A stretch of 64,000 bases of DNA from Octopus vulgaris. Taxonomy: Eukaryota. Positions within the stretch are counted from its first letter, which is position 1, and the number at the start of each line of letters is the position of its first letter. Location: NCBI GenBank assembly GCA_951406725.2, contig OX597814.1, positions 143,344,001 to 143,408,000 of the forward strand, read 5' to 3'. The notes beneath the pieces are model-generated. The model did not search any database. It was not told where the DNA came from and saw only the letters and a list, made by a program, of their open reading frames with translations. Shown piece after piece: positions 1 through 12,146 of the stretch. Position numbers and translations under genes: made by a program.

Positions 1-150
1 TATGAATTTGTAGATGAGACACTCGCTTAAAACCATGTGCTTTCAGGTTAAATCCCATACTACAGCATTTCTACTGTAGCCCCTGGATGAGAAATGCCTT
101 ATGAGTGAAGTTGGTACACGAAAACAGTATAGGAAACCATTGTGAGTGTA

Positions 151-263
<113 letters not shown>

Positions 264-681
264 GTATACAAAAAATGGAACAAGAACGCAACAGACGACG
301 ATAAAACATCAGGACAGATATACGATACAAAGACGGACAGGAAAAAAACAAGGACGAGTCATTCATGGCCTTCTCTCCTCAATCACGGTGCACCAGGATG
401 GCCGCAGTCCAGTGACTGAAACAAGCAACAGAATAAAAGAATATGGACGTGGAATATTCCTGTACTTAAGTTATTTCAATGAAAGCGTGTTGCATAGTAA
501 CGAAGGTGTTATACTCGCTACAGCAGGGTCATGGTTTCGATACCTGATTTGTGCAAGGAGTTGTAATCTCGAGCAAAGCACTTCATTTCACGTTGCACCA
601 CTTAAATCAGCCTGTAAATGAGTTACACTGTGACGGACATAGTTCTGAGTCCAAGAACTCGAGACAGTAATGACCAAGTGT

Positions 682-715
<34 letters not shown>

Positions 716-870
716 GGTGGTGGTGGTGGTGATAGTGATGGTGATGTTGGTGGGGATGATGGTAATGATAGTGATGACGATGATGATGATGAGGATGATG
801 AGGATGATGAGGATAATGATGATGATGATGATGATGGTGATGTGGTGAAGATGGTGATGGTGATGATGAT
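682..870. repeat. Mosaic (ATG)/(GTG) trinucleotide repeat
   Basis: Directly visible. Confidence 0.95.
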
Positions 871-1650
871 GTGTTATTTCGCATCTGTAAAGATCTATAA
901 AGACTGTATATATGTGCATATAGAAAACAGTTATTCAGGCCTCTGTGAGTCAGAATTGATTACATAGCTACACCTAATATATGGGGTGAGGTAACAGAAT
1001 CGTTAGGCACATCGGACAAAATGCTTAACGGCATTTCGTCCAATCTATAGCCCTAGGCTGGTTCTTTTTCTTTTATTGAGCCTGTAGGGAGGGAAAACAA
1101 AGTTAACCTCAGCAGGGTTTGAACCGAAAACGCAGAGAGGTGGAGCTGCGAGGAATTTTACCAAATTATTTATATATTTAAACATGTCTTTAAATAGAAT
1201 ATTCTAAACAGTTTCAAATTCATTTGCTTTTAATTACAAAGAAATATAGGCGAGCAAAAGAAGTTTCATTTCTGTGGAATAGGTTATTTGATTTATGATA
1301 TACTTATAATTTAATGTGAAAAGAAATATCTCATTTCTTCCTAAGGAGTCTTGCCTTTTTTGACACAAAAATAAAATCCTAGGAGGAAACTAGAGTCGAG
1401 AAAGTTAATAATTTTACATCCTTACATGAGTGATATTTATTAATTTGCAGATTCTAGTATTAGTTATCGATTAATTTATCAAAAAATATCTATTTGTATA
1501 TGAAAACGTTTGTGAAATTTCAAATACTGTTCTTTATTACATTCTCATTTAAAATGGCTTCATTGACATATTTTCAATTAAGTTGTATTTTTCTCAATGT
1601 TATAAATAGTAGAACAAATTAAGGTTTACCAATGCCAAGTTCCTGAATGC

Positions 1651-1712
<62 letters not shown>

Positions 1713-1799
1713 TAATAATGAAACTTTTTATATATGTTAGTTGCTAAGGTGAGATCATATAAAGACTATTAGTTTTGAAACTTGTTTTATATTATTTTC

Positions 1800-2110
1800 T
1801 TTCAGGAAATGAAAATTTAAAGTTCTTTATCAGAATTCCTGACAGGTGTCTGAGGATAACGGAAAACTATATCATTATGGTATTTTTTTCTTCTGTTACA
1901 TTCTTTAAAATTCTTCAATAAAACAAAATTGTTGGTGTCTACTCTAAAGTACTTTTGAAAGTCGTACAATTATAACTTGATAAATTCACATACTTAACTG
2001 TAAGAAACTTTGCTTTAGTTTAACTACAGCTCTATAAACAGAATGAATGATCAGAGATTAAGCAGCCCCCTGCACTTCTTGATCGCAATTGTGACTTTTA
2101 ATTAAATGAC
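1800..2110 (-). pseudogene. FN3 pseudo-exon remnant
   Basis: RSAGGCLISD and TIMI*FSVILRHLSGILIK. Confidence 0.3.
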
Positions 2111-2304
2111 GAAATGCTCAGTAATTATGTTTATACTGGCACACTCGCGGCTGTGTGTGTAAGAAGCTTGACTCCAGACTGTGTATTCTTGGGTTCAGAC
2201 CTGCTGCAGGTCACCTTGGAGCAAACGTCTTGCACTGTTGCCCTGGGCCAACAAAACCCTTGTGAATGAATTCTGTAGTAGATAGAAGCTAAAAAAAGTT
2301 CGAC

Positions 2305-2448
<144 letters not shown>

Positions 2449-2570
2449 GAAATAATTGAGGTTCAGTTGAATTAGGTACTTACGTTGAAACACCAAGTCA
2501 GTGCGGCATTATCCATACACTCAAAATAAGGGGAATAAAATCAAAATAATCAACAGGATATCAAGAGGTG

Positions 2571-2658
2571 ATGCAGTACGACCGTTTCAAGCGACTCCAT
2601 TTAATTGAACAATGCAATTATTACATTGGTTTAAATGCAGGGCTATCCTCAGCTGCAT
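2571..2658 (-). ncRNA. Type-I hammerhead ribozyme motif in an inverted Penelope-like terminus
   Basis: AUGCAG-CUGAGGA-[long stem II]-GAAA-CGGUCG-UA-CUGCAU; stem I is a perfect 6 bp and the core is intact. Confidence 0.75.
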
Positions 2659-2889
2659 AAATAAATATAATTTTCTAATCAGTTGGACACATTAATATAA
2701 TTTTACTCAAATTCTCTAAAAGAGCAAGAAGAGGGAGAAAGTCCATGCTGCTACTAGTGTGACTCAGAATATACTATACTTTTAAGAACGGCATGGAGTT
2801 TGTTAGGGTCATAGCTTGTAAATGACTGTGGTTCACTTTTAATTTATTAGTCTTTTTTATCAACTACCAAATCTAAGGCTAGATTACAG

Positions 2890-3900
2890 GTAAATTCCGC
2901 CCTTACATGCGCTCTAAGTCTGAAAATAAGGACTTGATCTGGTATAACATTCTCTTCAACTGTGCCATATCCATAAACACATATAGGAATTTATGACAAT
3001 TTTAGAAAAAAAACATTCCTACTTCTCAAAGATACAACAGAATTTTTCCCCGTAAGACAGTTAGAATCTCATACTCTACTCTCCCTAATATTGGTACCAT
3101 CATAGCAAGGTTAAATAGAAAGAATATTAAATTAGCAAGAGGTAGTAATAACAATAATGTTAATTTCAATACTAATTTAAACCCCTACAACGTAAATAAT
3201 AATATTAATGGTGACGTAGAAAATAGAAACAGCGGTACTAATGCCTCTAATATAGCTGTAAGGTCCATACTAACACAAGGATACACCTGATGATGCTGGG
3301 ATGAATGTTAATGGTACTACAATTGAATGATGGAGAGATAACGCCGGATATGAAAATAACACATGCAATAGTAATTGTAGGAATAATATTAACAGTAATA
3401 TTAATAATAATAATGGTATGAATATCAATAATATTAATAGTGGTAATTCTCCTAGTTGAAATTGTAGGATTAAATCCCACTATCCGTTATTAGATCGATG
3501 TCAAACCCAAAACGTAATCTATAAGCGTACTATCACAATTGTAGCTGGTAACTTTGTGTACATCGGATGTTCAATAAATATGAAAAAAAAAACGCATTAA
3601 TAACCATTTTTCATCTTTTAGACTCAAACATAAGGCCAATTGTACGTCCTTATCTAGCAAGATTTGGGAACTGAAGGAAAGCGGAATCGAATTTAGCCTT
3701 AAATGGGATATTACAAGGAAAGCGCAGCTTTATAGAGATAGTCTAGTCGGTACGGGTATGAGCTGTGCTCTATGGAAACTTATAAAACTTTTTAGTATAG
3801 GGACAAGAGCAATAATAATCTAATAATAGATTAGAGCTAAGGGTAACATGCGTGCATAGTGTCATCCGTAAATTTAAATATTTTCGAAATTAGTGTTTAT
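2890..3900 (+). mobile_element. Penelope-like element 3' ORF fragment (RT C-terminus/linker plus GIY-YIG endonuclease), decayed
   Basis: KDLIWYN...RIFPRKTVRISYSTLPNIG; NCRIKSHYPL.DRCQTQNVIYK...VYIG...RINNHFSSFR...TSLSSKIWELKE...LKWDI; frameshifts. Confidence 0.85.
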
Positions 3901-4446
3901 AGTTGCTGCACTTGAACCTGGACAGGAGAAATTAATTTTAGTGTCGTATATATGTGAACTTACCCGCTAGTATTAAATATAATACGTTATATATATTTTC
4001 TTACTATTCTCTATAATTTCTTATTATTGTGTTTTCTTATTTTGATAGTTTTACCTATTAACCTCTTATCTCTTATAAGTTATTAATGTAATGTTCTTAA
4101 AGAGAAATATAAACTTTCTAGTTACTTAAGTCTAGAAGAGTTGATTATAACATACTCATAATAAAGTACAAATATTTGTGTATATTTGCAGGTGTACACA
4201 TAGTTAAATATGTGTATGTATCTGTACACAACTCATTTTTCCGGGGGGGTTTTCTGATTCTTAGCTTATATCAAATATAAAGATAGCATGCTTTATCACC
4301 CCAATACCCAGAGCAATCTTTATAGAAACCACCTTTTAAGTAGATAACTAAGTACACGTACGAATATTATTGTAATTCTATGTTGAAAATTGGTATATCA
4401 CTTTTAGTAATCTTAACTTTTATCTTCATACAATATATACATTATT

Positions 4447-4515
4447 CAGATCACTGCTTGGAATTGAACTCGGAATATTGGGGTTAGAAGCCCGCGCTCT
4501 TAACCACTACGTCAA
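4447..4515 (-). other. tRNA-like (A-box/B-box) segment inside the Penelope-like 3' region; not a functional tRNA gene
   Basis: GTAGTGGTTAAGAGCGCGGGCTTCTAACCCC...GAGTTCAATTCC. Confidence 0.55.
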
Positions 4516-4848
4516 TTATGGAGTGAATTTTAGGGCTTATAAATCTAATATTTTCTTATCCTTCCTTAATACCGGTTTTAATATGCTACTCATATCTGTA
4601 TAGGTCTGCTTAGGAGGTTGTTGTGTCCCAGCATATATGCTGCCTCTTTTAGTTTTTGTATTTTCCAGTGGTGTTCTATGTCTATTATTTTAGCTTCTTT
4701 CCATAAGACGGAAATGGTTTCCCATTGATCAGCTATACCCAATTTATCAATATCTCCTCGTGTCACAGCTTTGCAATTTCCTCTACCTTTATTCCTAGTT
4801 CGATGATTCCAAGGAGTGACCTGAATAATAATAATAATAATAATGATG

Positions 4849-4914
<66 letters not shown>

Positions 4915-4917
<3 letters not shown>

Positions 4918-5508
4918 GCCCTGATGCAGTACCAATGCCCTGATGCAGTATAAATGCCTGATGCAGTACCAGGCAGTGGCTCTCATAGCTTCTGATCTTA
5001 ACTGATTCGAAGTGTTATCATGTACATTGTTTTGTCTTGGTATAAAAGATGGGCTACAGCAAATATTCTGCTCAATACCACAGATTTGCTTGTCAGTTGT
5101 TTGACCTTAACCAGTTGAGCATGTCCCTTAGTGGCTGACGATATGTGCATCTCTGATCACGAGCAGAAGTAGTAGGGGAGCATCATAGCTATGTGTTGAG
5201 AGGGATTCTTTGGGGTTTGAATAATTCACCTCTGGAAACATGGGTGGTTCTTTCAACATCCTTAAACAACCCTTATTCAGGGACCGTTTGAGCGGGATGG
5301 GCTACTCAACCTGAAGAAAATTCTAACTGGGCCCCACCTGCAAGGTCATGTGCTGTTTATCTTGATATGAGATCACCATGTCGCGCACATATGGTTGTGA
5401 TGCATGTGCCTGGTGTACCCTTATCAGACGGGTAGTCATGATGGGTATACTGGGCTTCGTATATTTTACCCCAGTATCACTTTGATGGCATGAACTGCTC
5501 TCTCACTC
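4915..5508 (+). mobile_element. About 590 bp non-coding element inserted in (AAT)n
   Basis: Unique GC-richer sequence flanked on both sides by (AAT)n; left end has three copies of AATGCC(C)TGATGCAGTA; orientation inferred. Confidence 0.6.
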
Positions 5509-5570
<62 letters not shown>

Positions 5571-5657
5571 CAACAACAACAACAACAACAACAGCAACAA
5601 CAACAACCTCGGAAAAATACTTTTGGAATGAGAACCCAGGTTTGAAATTTTCCTAGG

Positions 5658-5701
5658 ATACCTGATGAAGGCTGGAGAGTAGTTCAGCCGAAACGTTGTG
5701 T
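5658..5701 (+). ncRNA. Minimal type-I hammerhead ribozyme motif
   Basis: AUAC-CUGAUGA-A-GGCUGGA(gagtag)UUCAGCC-GAAA-CG-UU-GUGU. Confidence 0.75.
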
Positions 5702-5930
5702 AAACAACAAACAAGGTAAGGAAAAATATCCGTCAAATGTAAATAATGTACATAATTCCTCATCTCTCAAATATAGAACTATATATATATATATATACAT
5801 ACACACATATTCTTGCAGTCAGGAGAAACTATTGGTTTTAAATTCATTCTGACTTAGGCATAAAATATTCATGCAACACCAAGCTTGCATTGCTTCAGTT
5901 TTTCAAGTATTTGTTTAAGTAGACAGCTTA

Positions 5931-6100
5931 CGTAAGTTTAAAGACGAAGAAATATGGCCAGACATAAATTCACTATAAAGAATTATGCTGAACGGTGAAG
6001 TAAATGCCATTCATACCGTCGCATTCAGTATGCAACGTTATGAAACAAAAGTGGAACCCAAAAGTTACACCCAATTGCACAATTCGTCACTACTTTAGTA
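5931..6100 (-). pseudogene. FN3 junction pseudo-exon remnant
   Basis: NCAIGCN then ITLHTECDGMNG..HNSYS (cf. AC..IGC..S..TLEA.P.GM); GTAAGC donor near 5931. Confidence 0.35.
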
Positions 6101-6308
6101 TCTCTCTCATTTGTTTCAGTCACTGGACTGCAAGCATGCTAGGACACCGCCCTGAAGAGTTTAATCGATCAAGACGATCCCAGTAATTATTTCCTAAGCC
6201 TGGTATATATTCGCTTTTGCAGAACTGGTTAAAGTTACATGGAAGGAAACAATCAAACACCAGTTGTGCAGCAATGCGAACACATCCACAAAGGTATGCA
6301 CACAAATA

Positions 6309-6561
6309 AAAAAAGGAAGGCGGCGAGCTAGCAAAGGCGGCGAGCTAGCAGAATCGTTAGCACGTCGGGCGAAATGCTTAGCGGTATTTCGGCTGCCGTT
6401 ACGTTGTGAGTTCAAATTCCGCCGAGGTCGACTTTGCCTTTCATCCTTTCGGGGTCGATAAAGTACCAGTTAAGCACTGGGGTCGATATAATCGACTTAA
6501 TACCTATGTCTGTCCATGTTTGTCTCCTCTATGTTTAGCCCCTTGTGGGTAATAAAGAAAT
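6309..6561 (+). mobile_element. SINE family B with 17-bp TSD
   Basis: Head GGCGGCGAGCTAGCAGAATCG with B-box GAGTTCAAATTCC; TSD AGGTATGCACACAAATA at 6292-6308 and 6562-6578. Confidence 0.9.
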
Positions 6562-6585
6562 AGGTATGCACACAAATACACACAC

Positions 6586-6684
<99 letters not shown>

Positions 6685-6699
6685 TGTAGATTTGATCTA

Positions 6700-8735
6700 C
6701 ATACATGTAGATTGGATCTGTAGCCTTCGAATTAGCTTTCTCCTTTCTGGTTTTGAGAAGCTTAATCTCTCAAGATTGTTATTTAGGCAGTGTGTTACGT
6801 ATCCCAGAGCCCCAATAATTACAGATATAAACCCGAACTTGTAACCTGGATAGAGTAACTGTAGATTTCTCAATAGTTCCGCATATGTGTTCTCTTTCTC
6901 AGTGATTTTCAGCTTTATGTTAACATTTGCTGGGCAGCTAAGTTCCATAACAGTGCACAGTTTCTCTTCTCTATCCCAAATCCGTATATCATGTCAGTTG
7001 TGCTTACATTTTATTGAGGTCTTCACTGGTACATTCCACCAGTATTCCTTTTCATTGTGAGTGGCTATGACATATACCATATTGTGGGTTCTTATTTCTT
7101 TGTCCTCAGGATTATCCTTCCGACGGCTTTCATTATGGAGTATTCTAGCTACAGCGTCATGTCTCATCGGTAGATAATACCGTGATGACGTTTTCGGACA
7201 ACTGTTTATGATGTGTGTGATATCTTCAGTGTGAACTCTACAAAGTGTGCTTCGGTTGTCACATTTTACGGCTTTCCCCCCATCTCTATCTCTCTTGTGC
7301 ATCAGGTCCTTGGTTGATATTTCCTTTTCCTGGATTGCAAACACATAATCTTCAAAGTGGGAGGCAATAATCCAGCTTTTCGTCCATGATAAGCTTCTTT
7401 GATGATCGATGCTACTATCATCACGGAGGTTTTTACTAACATATCCATGCATAATCTTCTGCTCATATAGGCTCATCCTTTCATCTGATGATACATTCTG
7501 GTAGAATCGTGCGACTTCTTTGGACATGTATTCTAGGTTATCAGACAGAGTGTTGCTCAAGGAGCTGGCCTCCAAGTCTTATGATGTCATCAGCCTCATG
7601 TATGCAAACTTGGTCAAGAGATGCACTTCGATGCTTGGAAGTTAAAAGATGTTGCCGAAGGGATATGATGCGACTTTCAGAGGCATTTTTAATCAATGTT
7701 AAGCCTCTGCCGTCTTGTTTATGTTTTAGGTATAAGCGTTCTACGTCACTGTTTATGTGGAAATTACGTGTGCTTGTTAGTATTTTTCGGGTTTTCACAT
7801 CAATGGCACGGATCTCATCAAGCGTCCAATCAAGCAGCCCAAATGTTGGTATGAGTACTGGCACTGCAAACACTTTATAGGCCACTGTTTTATTGAATGC
7901 AGAGTGTTCTGAGGTCAATATTTTCTTTATTCGGCTGTAATATTCTGTAGTGACACGTGTTTTGTTACAGGTGCCATTATAAGATATGTTTTCATCCACC
8001 CATAGATACCTGTAACATTCCTCGTCAGATACAGGGTAAGCAGTCAAATCATTGACGGATATGTTATTTGTTTGGTTTATAGGTTTCTCCCTTTTCACAA
8101 CCATATAACAGCATTTATCCTGACCAAACTCCATCTCTACACTCTTTTAAGAATGTTGTAACTAGGTCAAGGCTCTTTTTCATCTCATGCATATTCTTCG
8201 CATAAAGTTTTAAGTCATCCACAAAGAAAGAGTTGTAATTTTGGTATTTCTGTTTCCTTGTGAACCACTGAGATACCCTTCAGACTTCCTTAACATGAGT
8301 GACAAGTGGTTTACAGAAAGTATAAACAATATCACAGAGAGGCTGTCTCCTTGGAACATGCCTTTGCGATATTGTATTCCATCGGTGATAATACAGACAC
8401 ACTTTGTGTTTAATTTCAAGAGAGTGCCCCTCGATGAAGTCAGATCAGCTATGGCTTTGATTATTCTCACTGGAACTTTAGCAAGTTGAAGGGCTTCTAG
8501 CATCCGTGAGTGGGGAACAGAGTCAAGGGCTTTCTTGTAATCTAGCCAAATTGAAACCAAGTTCCTCCTATGTTCTCGCACCTCTGACATCACAGTTTTG
8601 TTGATTAGCAATTGCTCGGCATATCCCCAGGCTCCCTTCTTCCCAGCTACTTGTTCAGCTGTGACAATGTTATTGGTTTCTCAATGGTCTTGGAGGAAAA
8701 GGTTTAAACATGTTGTATATATCTTATACATTAAG
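6700..8735 (-). mobile_element. R4/Dong-like non-LTR retrotransposon fragment (RT plus CCHC and restriction-like endonuclease), frameshifted
   Basis: WLDYKKALDSVPH, GMFQGDSLS, FGQDKC, YRYL, LCRVHTEDITHIINSC, RHDAVA, ELSCPANVNI..KENTY, VIIGALG. Confidence 0.9.
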
Positions 8736-9487
8736 CGCGTTTATGTATGTATGTATTTATGCATGTATGTATGTTTGACAGCCTTTGCCGCTGCTTCCAC
8801 GTACCAAATTCACTCGCAATAAGGCATTGGGCGGCTCGGGTTGTAAAAGAAGATACCTTCTCAAGCTGTCGCATATTACGACTAAACATGAAACCACATG
8901 TTTGTGGAGCAAACTTCTCAAGTTAAAAATAAAGGAACTGTGGTAGTTTTGATCGTCTAATCCATTCAGATGGCGCTCCAGCATGGTCGCAATCCATCGA
9001 CTGTTGTTCTGGCTGTTTAACTCTATATATCGAGGACAATCCAACTGTGACCAAACTCCTACTTAGGTTTATGGAAACAAGCATAACAAAAGAGGTCGTG
9101 GGTTGATCTACTCTAGATTTTGAGAGGTCGTTGATACTTTTGACGTATACTATGCCATGTCTTTCATGGAAGTGAACACGCTCAAGGACCGTTACATATG
9201 ATGACCCGGTTCGTTCGTGATTCATTGACTGAAATAAGTAAACGAATAAAAGATTTCACAAAATATTGTTTTACCATTGAATTTTGCGGTTTTGTGACGT
9301 GAAGAAGGAGGAAATTGTGCGGTCACGGACGTAGCAGGGGGCTGGTTATAAGTAGTAAGTAGCATATTAACTAGATTTATTTAGATTATCGTTGTTGTTT
9401 AGCCATGTTTTAGCTCTGATCAAATGAACCTATCCTCAAAGTATCACGATTCTAGACTTTCATTCTTCAGTCAATGTATATAGATGC

Positions 9488-9655
9488 ACGCATGGTTGTG
9501 TGGTAAGAAGTTTCCTTCTCAACCACATGATACTGGGTTCACTCCCACTACGTGGCATCTTGGACAAATATCTTCAACTATAGCTTCGGGCCGACTAAAG
9601 CCGTTTGAGTAGATTTGGTTGAAAGAAACTGAAAGAAGGTTGTTGTGTGCGTGTA

Positions 9656-9695
<40 letters not shown>

Positions 9696-9957
9696 CGAGA
9701 GAGACTCTCTGTGTGTGTGAGAGAGATAGATACTCTGTGTGTGTGTGTGTGTTTGTCCCTATATTTGTCTCACATCACTGAGTGACAACCGAATTTTGTG
9801 TTTACCTCCTTGTGACTTGACGTTTCGGCAAAAGAGGACGATAGAACAACCAACCAGGCTTTTAAAAACGAATAATGGGGTCGATACATTCGACTAAAAT
9901 TCTTCAAGGTAATGCTCCAGCATGACCGCCGTCTAATGACTGAAACAAATAAAAAGC
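9488..9957 (+). mobile_element. SINE family A
   Basis: tRNA-like head, internal (GT)/(GA) microsatellite, tail gctccagcatg..tgactgaaaca. Confidence 0.85.
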
Positions 9958-10192
9958 GATGGTGGTGAGCTGGCAGAATCGTTAGCACGTCGGGCGAAAT
10001 GCTTAGCGGTATTTCGTCTGCCGCCACGTTCTGAGCTCCCATTCTGCCGCGTTCTACTTTGCCTTTCATCCTTTCGGGGTCGATTAAATAAGTACCAGTT
10101 ACGCACTGGTGTCGATATAATCGACTTAATGCGTTTGTCTGTCCTTGTTTGTCCCTTTTGTGTGTAACCCCTTGTGGGCAGTAAAGAAATAA
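9958..10192 (+). mobile_element. SINE family B with Tx1-like tail
   Basis: Matches 6309-6561. Confidence 0.85.
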
Positions 10193-10449
10193 CGATTAAA
10201 AAGTAAATGGTAAAGGTTATACAGTACTATTATCGAAATCGGGGATCTTTTTTTGTTTGAAAACAAAAATCGTAGAGTACGCTTTCGTGGGGAATTTATT
10301 TATTTATTTATTTATTTATCTGTTACAGGTTAAGCAGCAGCTACGAATATACACCTTCATCGAGGAATCAAATCACGGAGATATGATACAGTTTACAACT
10401 TAAAAGATTAAGCGCTATAGAAGAAAAGAAACGATGAGTTTCATATGCA

Positions 10450-10960
10450 TTTTTAATACGTTCCGATGAATTCGGACACGGACATGCTAATTGCTGTATT
10501 TCGTCGTTGGAGAACAACATTCAGGCGAATGTGTGTTCATAACACACTCGATTCATTAGGGTAAGAGTAAGGGGGTCCTGAGACACCCAGTGTTTCGACA
10601 TCATTGTATTTCATTAGCCAATGACACACGGGATTAATGAATTTTACAAGTAACCGCGGCTCTTGTCTATAACTTCATCAAACAAATTATTTGCTGAACC
10701 ATGCTGATATATTTCAACCAGTAATAAGCCATCGTATGCGTGTTGATCTGTGAGGTTCAAAGCAATGACTTGCATACTTGCTCTTAATATGTGCTGGCAG
10801 ATTCGAACTCGAATGCGCTAATCGCTGTCGGGCTTCAGGCAGGTAACAACGTATTTGTGGTTTTAGCTCCCTTAAGGTTATCTCCCGTTATGCTAGTGGA
10901 CGAAGTATATTAGTGAGTAAAATTTCGGTCCGTTTCCCAGATGTACAGAATAAAACTATA
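10450..10960 (-). pseudogene. FN3 pseudo-exon
   Basis: HKYVVTCLKPDSD*RIRVRIC matches the FN3 tyrosine-corner motif Y.V.GL.P.T.Y.IRV with the Tyr codon turned to TAG. Confidence 0.6.
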
Positions 10961-12146
10961 CCTACGTATGAAGAGTACAACAAGCATAATGAACCAACAT
11001 TTGTCTCAAGAATCAACAACTCTTCAAAAAAAAAAACAAAAACAAAAACAAGTATTACTTGGTATTGATGAGATTGATGAGGAAACCTTGTTTGGCTGAA
11101 GTAAGGGGTGCGTTCGTGGGATGTTGAATAACTTTAGTGAAACGAGTGTTAAGCATAATGTTTTATGTTCTTAACTTTCATCAAAGAGTAGTAAAAGCGA
11201 AGTAGTAGTTTGGCTAGCGACCAGGGCAATCAGTCGGACTACCAAAGCAGTATTCGTATGCAGTCTCAATCTAGATCCTGCTAAGGTCAATTTTGCCTTT
11301 TATCCTTTTGCAGACTACAAATAAAGTGTTAATTTAGTACTGTAGACAATTTCTCTCTCTGACGTTGTCTCTCTGTCTTTCTATTCCGCTTGCCTCTTGG
11401 GTGTAACCGGAATTCAAGTTACAGCCTTGACATATTATGAGCAGACTGATTCGGTCTGAGATTTACTTTAAGAGTATACGTATCTGAGGAATACCCAGCG
11501 ACTTACACTTCAACTTCATGAGTAGGAAATCAGTTGATCAAACTACTGAATGTCCACCGTCGAGACCGGAGGAAAATCCAGCTAATCCCTGATGAACGGT
11601 GTTACCCGAGTGATGATAGCTATTACAAGGGGTATAATTATTTCTTCATAATATGAGGCGGGGTTAGTAATATGAAGTAGAAATTAAGGAATTATAAGGA
11701 AAATCAGGCATATATTTTTTTTACATATTTAATTATTTTGTTTACTTATTACGAAGGTCTTACAATTTCCTAGTTGGTGGTAAACATGTGTAGAACCATT
11801 TAATCCTTTATAGAAACCAATTTCATGTTATTAGTTATGGCTTATTAATTAACTGTTATTTAACGAAGTGGGGTAATTCATTAAAGATGAAAGCAATTAC
11901 AATACGAAAGAAAATCATAAGATGTGATATTTGTCTTGTTCCTCCTTTGATCGTTAGTATCCTTAGAAAATATATTAGACGTTCTAAAGGCGGTGCTCCA
12001 GCATGGCCACAGTCAAAATGACTGAAACAAGTATGAGAGTATGAGAGTTCTGAATCCCAGCATTTATAAAGATTTATTTAAAATGTGCTTTTGTTCATGG
12101 GTGACGATGACTTAGTTGATGACTGTGGGGTTGAAATAGTTGCTTA

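Larger units (their letters stand above)
4440..5780. mobile_element. Penelope-like element remnant with inverted structure: minus arm encodes the GIY-YIG C-terminus plus a tRNA-like segment; plus arm has tRNA-like end, (AAT)n, hammerhead and terminus
   Basis: Minus 4537-4792 translates CKAVTRGDIDKLGIAD..LWKEAKIIDIEHHWKIQKLKEAAYMLGHNNLLSRP; attcc.agttc.attccaag.agtga.ctgaataat occurs inverted at 4441-4480 and 4791-4830. Confidence 0.75.
6095..8935 (-). mobile_element. tRNA-derived SINE family A, old copy split by a SINE-B and a LINE
   Basis: Tail at 6095-6290 and head at 8770-8935 match the full copy at 36104-36550. Confidence 0.65.

Noticed and set aside
11585-11612. CTGATGA followed by a small hairpin; similar at 1850 and 58974
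   Set aside because: No correctly placed GAAA-N-UH or stem I, so not called as hammerheads
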